Shown here one piece after another: positions 52,528 through 64,000 of a stretch of 64,000 bases of DNA. The stretch spans positions 6,696,001 through 6,760,000 of the forward strand of contig OZ059897.1 of NCBI GenBank assembly GCA_964057225.1, in the 5' to 3' direction. How positions within the stretch are numbered: position 1 is the first letter of the stretch; every line of letters starts with the position of its first letter. The DNA comes from Auanema rhodensis (lineage: Eukaryota > Animalia > Nematoda). Below the pieces are notes generated by a model. That model was not told where the DNA came from, ran no database searches, and worked only from the letters and a program-made list of their open reading frames with translations. Made by a program: the position numbers and the translations under genes.

Positions 52528-53912
52528 TTTTCCTTATTTCAAACAATTCAAATCCCTAATCACCTTGTCTAAAAAATTTCAAAAATATTCCGATTAGCTC
52601 ATGATAATTGATAAGCGACAAATCACGTATAAAAAACAGGCAGAACTATGGTCAATACTGTAAGACAAGAGGACGCGGTTTTAAGACAGCAACCTGGCAG
52701 AACATTGAAGATTTTATGTTTGTGTTTCTCATGAAATATCTTCGGATAATGGTTTTTCAACATTATTGTCTTAATCGATTTAATAAAGATAAATATATGA
52801 GCTGTAATCTTGATAAAAAAGTTTTTCTTACGAAATAATTGCAATACACAAAAAGCATTGTCAGAATATTAGATGATAAGAAATAGAAGAATCCTCTTTT
52901 TTTATTGACATTTCAATTTTCAAATTACAATTAAGCCATAGAGTACATTCCACTAGCCCACTTTCAGTTCATTTACTCGCGGTAGACTCTCTGATGCGGT
53001 TGTTCATGTAACTGTTTAATTTCTCCATTGCCAATAATTAAATAAAATTTAAAATCTAGAACATTTATATAAGCAGAAAACAATTTTGTTATTGGTTTCT
53101 TTTTTTTTAAGAACATAGTTGTACTTATTCTGGCAAATTTGAATAATATGGGTATCATATTTAAAATATAATTTGCTTGCCATGATTATGTCTGCCGACA
53201 ATGTTGTGTTTAACTTCTTAAACAAATTTACTGACTCTTGCATTAATGCAATCTTTGTTTATTTTTTCTTGAGAAATTATTGTCCTTTTCCCATCAGTGT
53301 TACAAATTTGTGCCTAAAAAGCTACAAAGTAAGAAATATTTTTCATCATTGGTCACCATGCTTGTATATACTACTAATCATAGAACAGTGCAAATGTGAG
53401 ATGAGTAATCCCCTTTTTAACGTCATAAGATAAAAGTTTTTTCTCGCATAAATTAATTAATATCTTATAAAAACCGTCGAATTTCATCAATTAAAACATT
53501 TGTTCCATTTCAGAACTATCATGAATTATTCTATTTGAGTTATTTCATTGTTTTCACATTGTAAGTGCAATTTTAATCTGACTATTTAAATGCTAATATA
53601 TGTTAAATTGTTGAAACAAAACAACTATGTAAGTACTCACGAAATAATCAAATACTATGAAAGCAGGCTTGTGCAGACTTATCAGTGAATAGTTTTATCC
53701 TATGCTTTTTTACTGAATTACAATGTTTTTTTGTTTGAAAAAATTCTGCAATGATTCATTTTGCTGACAGGCAAAAGCATTCATTAAAAAAATTTATTCT
53801 ATCATAGGAATGGAAATAATAATATATGTACATGATTAATAATACCCATAATATCTGAAGATTTTCAATTTCAAATAGATTTGTATCACGTAAACCATAA
53901 ATTCAGTAAAAG

Positions 53913-57140
<3,228 letters not shown>

Positions 57141-59238
57141 GACATCTACTGAAAATAAAATAAACTGAGTAGGTTGCAAGATGTATTTGACTTCAGAATG
57201 ATGTTGTATAAGAGTACACAAGAACAATATATGCAGGAAAAGAAAAAACACATGAGTAACATGTAAAGATGAATAAAATATTCTTTCATCGGTGAATGAT
57301 GCGGTGAAATGGTAGATTCTGAATAAATCTATTGCTTGACTTCCAATATAAATAGTGGGATAGTGGGAGAAGCTGCAGGGAAAAAGGTTTCAAATATTTT
57401 TCTGGCTTCAATGAGGATTTAGAAAAAGTGAGAAGGAGGTTCTCAGATACATAGCTGGAATATGTTGTTTTCATCGGCTTCGCCAAACTCTTTATGTAAT
57501 AAAAGCATAGGTAAGGATATTTTGAATCTTCGATGAGAGTATCTGAATAAACAAAAACATTAAAATCTGATAGATTGAACAGAGTCGATTAAGACTTCAA
57601 TTATCTCTTGAACTATTTCATTGAAAGTTGAGGAAGCACACCCCACAGGGAATAGCTGGGATTGCTTGAAATGAACGATGAAAACGACATTTTTTTTAGA
57701 TTAGCCTTACATAGTTGAAAAATCAAAAGCAAGACATATACATGTTAGAACTTCAGCCACCTCATCATAAGCTGGCGCATATAATTAAAACATTTAAACT
57801 GAACATCTTGGGATTTGGAAGAAGTTAAGAGAGACGCTAAAAAAAGAAATAAAAAGTCGACGGAGAGATTTAAAACGAAATTGTGGACATTCGTTTAGCT
57901 GTTCAGAGGATGAGGTATAGATGTTCAAACATCATCAACATTCTCGTCTATGTATGTAACATATAATAGAAACATGAGGACTAAATGCTGACACTAAAGA
58001 CTTGCCAAAATGAAATGACTTTAGGAAAAAGTGAGTTTTCAATCTTATCCAATTATTCAAGTAAACTGACTGTGATGTCGTGAATAGTGTCTACTGAATG
58101 CCCTTTACCAAATCATTCTCATTCGGCACTGTTAATTCAAACATAGGATGGAGGGAAATTTAAAATCTTTGAATTGTATTCACTAACATGGACAAGGAAA
58201 AATTACTTGAAAGCAAGGAAGAAGCATATTTGATCAACATTCTGGAGAAATTCTAGTGTAGGTCATCAAGCGGATACTGAGAAATGAAAATATTTTCAGA
58301 ATAGGAAAGTTGACGAGAATTATAAGGAAACAGACATGTTGATGATGATGATGATTAATATTGTGAAGTCACATTGTAGAAGAACATTTTTCGCTCATTC
58401 AAGATCAAAAATTTTCAGAATATTTAGTTGAATACGGCTATATGCACATGTATATCTATGCATGTGCATACCATTTGAAGAGAAAAAAATGAAGATGAAG
58501 AGAGAAAAAACAGAAAAAAATCAGTAACAACGTGACCAAATAGGAAAACATAATTATTTTAAAATTTTAAGGAAAGAAAGGCATAGGACGTCAAACGCAA
58601 GCAGTAATCTTACCAAACATTAAGAAGATATATCAATAGCTGAGATGGCTGAAACATAAGCTCTCATCTTTTTGAATATAATTTTGTTTTTCGTTCTTAC
58701 ATAGTAAAAGAAGAAAGAAGAAGAAGAAAAAAAAGAAAACAAATCATGAGCTTGTCGAAATGGAAAAAGAAGGTCCGAATACTATGTGCATATGCTTAGA
58801 CAAAGTCGGGAATGAAGTATGCTTGAGGTAAAAGATTTTCGAAAGGTACAACAGTTACAACAAGGATCAAGACGGGAAATAAAAAAAAATACAAAAGCTA
58901 ATGGAACACAAGAGGCTATATCAAATGCATAGTTAGTAGAGCATTTTCAAATAAATTTTTGATTTTTCTTGTTGCTACAACCATATCTCCATATTCTATT
59001 ATCCAGCTTTTCGATTTTTTTTCTCGAGAAAGCAGCAGCTTTCTCAACTAGCTTGTATCCATTCGAAATAACTTAGTTATTTATATGTTATTAAATAAAA
59101 AAAAACGCTTGGAATGGCATCATACTATGATACTACCAGACGAATCGACTATTCCCATTCGGTTAATCAGCTTACCAAGTTCAATGATAATGTAACAAAG
59201 ATCTGAACAGAAAGGATAAAAAACAATTCAATTTAATC

Positions 59239-59262
59239 GAAGAAGAAGAAGAAGAAGAAGAA
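59239..59262. repeat. (GAA)8 microsatellite
   Basis: Read directly. Confidence 0.9.
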
Positions 59263-62200
59263 GATGCTGTTTCTGAGTTAAACGTCATACTACAAAGAAG
59301 ACATGTTTCGAATTCAAGGAAGTAGTATGGCATGAAAATCCAACTTCAGGTTTCTGTTCAAAGACTTCAGTGGTTAAAATGTGTCCAAAATAAAGAAATT
59401 ACTTCACAATAAGTAATACACAAGATATCCCAGAGAGAGAAATGAGGTATGAAACAGTGAAAGTTGTATATACTGCCTCCAATTTCAATTGTGTCTAAAA
59501 TAGTTGTTGTGTATTAGGTCAATACAAGTTCAACAGCGAATCAAATGTCTCTGCTTGGGTGATAAGTGAAATTTAAAGTATATTCAGCTGCATAATGGAC
59601 AACAAATGTTGAATAGTAGACTTTTTTTTTGCAATTTTATCCAGTTTTTAATTGAAATTTCTGGAAATTCCAAGGATACTCTGTGTCTGAGTTCAGGCTA
59701 CGAGATCTTATTTTGAATGAGGTGGATGAGCAGAACGTTTGTATGTCTGGCAGTGCAATTGAAAATGGAAAAAAAATTTTTTCATTATAATGCATCGATT
59801 TATAATGAAAATTGTTATTATTAGTCTTTATGTATATAATAATATTATTTAATAATATTAATATAATTAAATTAAAATAGTTTTCAATGAGTATTTGTTA
59901 TAATACAAATAATTTATATTCAGTTAGGTATTATGAATAGATAATAGCCACATTTTTTCGTTTTAAATTAAGAATTTCAAATGAGGACATTCGTGTACAG
60001 CGAGCACATGATAAATCTAAATGACTCTTGGACTATTTGGACGAACAACCTAAATTTGTCATGAATCTGGCTTCACGAACATAGAAATATGTAGCTGATT
60101 AGATACTAAACTAGATATCTCAAGACGAACTCTTAATGAAATCTGTTTCTGACAGCGATTGACTCATAGAAGTAGCTGAGCGAAAAACCTTGTCATTGAA
60201 CTTTGAATACCGGGGAAAAGAAAGACGAAAAAAGAAAAGAAAAGAGAGAAATAAAAAGAGATAGGAAGAAATGGACTAATCTCAATCTATTTCTTTTAAT
60301 TCTGCTTCTGCTCTATTCCAGCCAACGATTTAACTTTTCAACAATGAATGGTTTTCGACGGATTTAAATGGAAGTATACAACGCAAGAACTTAGTAATTA
60401 TATGTTTATCCAATGAAGCAAAAACTATGTTTAACAGAACGTTCTAAGATAGTCGTAAGGCAGTTTTGAGTAGAAAAATAAGACGAGAAACATGCATTTT
60501 TTCCTGATTATCTTGGAAAGTTTGACTGACACTACAACGCAAATTACTAATTATTAATGGACACAAAGAGAATATAGAAAAGGAGGAAGTTTTTCAATGA
60601 ATATGATTTCTTGATAACTGGTTACATCTCTTTCTCTCTCTCTCGCTCTCTCTATTTCTCTCTCTATATTCTTAGAAATTACCAAAAATCTAAAAATATA
60701 GAGACGAATAATTGAATTATAATTATAGCATTGAATACAAGACGATATGATTTATGAGCAGGTAATCGGAACATTATAATTATGATAATATCAAACATGT
60801 TTTATTGGCTGAAGCAACATCTGCTAGAAGCTTTAAAGCTTGAAAATGAAAGTGGTAGGCGGTGAAAACTATTTTTCCGTCATGGAGGGATGAGAGTATA
60901 TACACAGACGTAAATGTAGATACTCTGTCTATGCATAGATTCAGAAATGATCATCGAACTTCATAAGGTTGTTGAAGAAAAATATTACAAATAGCCTCAA
61001 GCTATAGCAATCAAGCACTTTGAGATGAAATTGGTCTGAGATGGTAACTAGATCGTAATAATAAACACAGGAAGAAAAAGTTCAAAAAGACGAGAGATAG
61101 AGTGAAAGAAAGATGTAAAGCAAGAGAGAGAGAGAGAGAAAGAAAGAGAGAGAAAGATAGAGAGAGAGAGAGTTAAGGACAGAGCTATGTCTACTATTTT
61201 TATTTTTAGTAACTGATTCTTTTCAAGTAAAACTAACATCATAATTTTATATTTAAAATCTATACGTATAGAAACACAAAAGGTTTGAAATGACGACATG
61301 GAGCAATAAGTAAGTCATTGTATAATGATTTTAAATAAGACTAATGTGATGATGATGCTGGATGAAGAGGCACATTAGAAACGATGAGATGGTTCTTTTC
61401 ATTGATTTCTCTCTTTAATCTATATATCTGAATTTGAAAATACGTTTTTTACTTCGTAAAAGACACCCGAGCCGTCTCAAGATATGCTTAGATGCTTTCG
61501 TTTCTTCTTCAATACTCTATGATCTTAGTGAGTTCCTTCTTCGAGGGCAAAGAATCGTGGCAATATTCTCAGGATGTTTCCGATCAAAAGGAAATACAAA
61601 CATAGAGCTTGAGGTGATTTACTCAAAAAGTCGCTTATTCCTTTGCTATGTTTAAGATTGGTTGAAGATGTAACTGGAAGCCAGTATGCTTAGACCAAAA
61701 GCTCAAGAATTTTCACGAGTCCATAGGGGATGTACCTGGAGATCTATGCTCCCATTTTATGGGTTCGCAAATAAACTGAATTTATGTATCTTCTCGATAA
61801 GTCTATATACTTTTATGGAATTCACAAAGGAAAAAATGATTCAAGTTCAAAAGTTAAAGACAAAGTTCATAGTTTACTAGTAATTCTTATCTTCTTACTT
61901 CTTGAAATTCCTTTTTTTTCAATCAAGAGTTTGCAATTGTACGATAAAGTACTACTTCTAACTACTACTAGAGAGGGAAGAAAAGATCAAGGAATAGGGA
62001 AATAACTTCAATTCAAAGCACTGAAATAGAATGTAAAATGTACACAAAAAGAAAAAAAGATGAATAACACATTTTTACTTTGCTAGATTTGAGTGGGAAT
62101 CAGAAAGTACAGTACAAGAATAGATTGATAGAGAGAGAGGGAGAGAGTTAAAAGAGAGAGAGAAAGACAGAAAGCAAAGTATTGAAAGAGTGGGTGGTTG

Positions 62201-62456
62201 AGAGGGCGAGGGGGTGGAGAAAAACTAAAATAAGGTATTAACTATTTAATATTACAATTCTTAATATTATTAGTATTTATGTTTACAAGTGTTCAAGAGA
62301 TAAAACTATAATTTATGGTTTTGTAGTCTACTTCCTCTCGCTCTCATCAAAACAAATAAACACAAATACATAAATATTAGAATTAGTTTTTATAAGAAAT
62401 TAAAAATTGAAAGGAAAAAATAGAAAAGAAAAGAGTGGACTTGTGTGTATGAGGAT

Positions 62457-62460
<4 letters not shown>

Positions 62461-62500
<40 letters not shown>
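62461..62500. repeat. (GA)20 microsatellite
   Basis: Read directly; further GA/CT tracts near 60630, 61120, 62130 and 63560. Confidence 0.95.
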
Positions 62501-62502
<2 letters not shown>

Positions 62503-63558
62503 TGCCATATATAATATATATCTATATATACATATGCATGTTGTACATGTATGTATGTGTGTTGCCACAGAAAAAGAGGAAAAAAAGTTAAGTCATCAAA
62601 GTAATGAACAACATATGAAGTTGCTCAGACGAAAACACAAAGACAAATTTTGCTCTCAAAGTTTTATTTCATCGTATTATTCAAGAATACGTAGATATAA
62701 TAATTTGAATAAATATTATTTTCACTTTAAACTTGAATAACGATGATGAAGACGACATTGGTGATGAGATGATGAAGGTAGGGCAGAAAGACGACGATGA
62801 CGACGACGACAGCGACATCGCCGGCAACGAAGATGAAAAGAATTTGTCCTGAAGTTAGGCCACAACGAATGGTAATATTATTCTCTCGTACACACATATA
62901 CATATGTATTAATAAGTTTCTACATCTCATCTCCTTTTTTTCTATTTTTACTTCATAATTTCTATTTTCTAATAAAATCCTTATTAAAAAAAAACATCTA
63001 CACAACATAGTATATGTGAACAGTGAAGAATATAATATATAATATTCGTTATAGGCATACATACATGGATATACATATATGTGTATACATATTGCAGCTG
63101 AAGCTGGATCATAGAAGGTTAAGTTGACGATATATCCGCCGTTTTCGATTATAAATATATTTTTTTTCAAAACCAAAGTAAGTGGATGCCCCTAAAGACC
63201 TCTATTCAGGTGTTATTTTGAAAGCTCGCTTCCATATACATTTTGTTTGCGAGAGTTTAACTATCCCAACTAATTTCTCCAATTGTGACGGCTAAAATAC
63301 AAAGTTCGAAAATACAAAGTTGGAAAAAAGTTGATATATTCCATATGTTGATGATTACTACTTACAGAGCTGAAATGTGCTCTAGAGCTCCCCAAAAGGC
63401 TGAAAATCATAGGAAATTAAATTGGAAAATCAATAGTTGATCGGCTCGTTAATTTAATTAATTAGTTTCAGTTCTTTAGTATTGGGACTATAGTGTCTAT
63501 AATACTATAATAGAGATAGATAAGACAATTAGGATGATGTCACTGAGGTTGACAGATC

Positions 63559-63580
63559 GAGAGAGAGAGAGAGAGAGAGA
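63559..63580. repeat. (GA)11 microsatellite
   Basis: Read directly. Confidence 0.9.
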
Positions 63581-64000
63581 CAGAGAGGGGAATATCTTTA
63601 AAAGTGAATTGAATGAATTGTCCTTTAAATGCTATTTCTTAGAAACATTAAATGAACTTAAAAAAGGTTAAATAATAAAAATCATTGTATAAATATATGA
63701 ATGTATTGAGAAAAATCTATCAGAAAACTTTAAAATAACATTTTCGTTCATTCCTTTGAGTTCGTGGGATCAAACTTCAACCTGAATTCAATGTTGACTA
63801 TGAATGATCAGAAAACATTATGTATTTATTTGATTTTCTTCAAGTTTTTCAAGAACTAAATAAAAAAAACAATTGCTTTTGCCTATAAGAGAAAAGCTAA
63901 TGCTGCTTCACGCTAAGGGCTTAATGATTTATGAGTTCTCTGTACTTTTCCGGCGAAAATCATGTATCCATGCATCACATATTGCCAGTTTATTTGTATT

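Noticed and set aside
59777-59811. 12-bp inverted repeat ttttcattataa...ttataatgaaaa
   Set aside because: Almost pure A/T in a very AT-rich tract; expected by chance and shows no MITE features.
62727-63176. 149-aa minus-strand ORF and the acidic GAC/GAT-rich stretch on +
   Set aside because: Composed of simple repeats with no supported start or splice context; likely non-coding.
57300-64000. Possible transposon or hidden gene in the long non-coding tail
   Set aside because: No transposase/RT motif, terminal repeats or exon chain seen; consistent with upstream regulatory DNA of the neuronal channel gene.

Overview
AT-rich eukaryotic DNA from a rhabditid-type nematode (C. elegans-like proteins, mostly 36-65 nt introns, operon-like spacing); the species cannot be fixed from sequence alone. 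Positions 1-17297 are a head-to-tail array of a 208-bp unit. Each unit carries one intron-containing tRNA-Leu(CAA) gene on the minus strand (81 complete copies by my count, a 200-N gap at 4615-4814, array open to the left). The array shows higher-order repeat structure and degenerate terminal copies, and a telomere-like inverted motif lies about 600 bp outside its edge. 19.5-57 kb is gene-dense: a secreted, probably GPI-anchored protein with an LPMO-like His-brace domain, 2 EGF and a Met/His DOMON domain; a Cys-rich secreted protein; a homeobox gene; sphingosine kinase; choline dehydrogenase; eIF3d; SDHB; OSTM1-like; UQCRH; FAD synthase; an unknown gene; PLAA/UFD-3; a GH25 lysozyme; an SLC44 choline transporter; and an ACC-type Cys-loop chloride channel. 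57.3-64 kb appears non-coding with microsatellites. The best candidates for a novel system are the tRNA-gene satellite with its boundary, and the His-brace/DOMON fusion protein. All gene models were spliced by eye, so boundaries are approximate.
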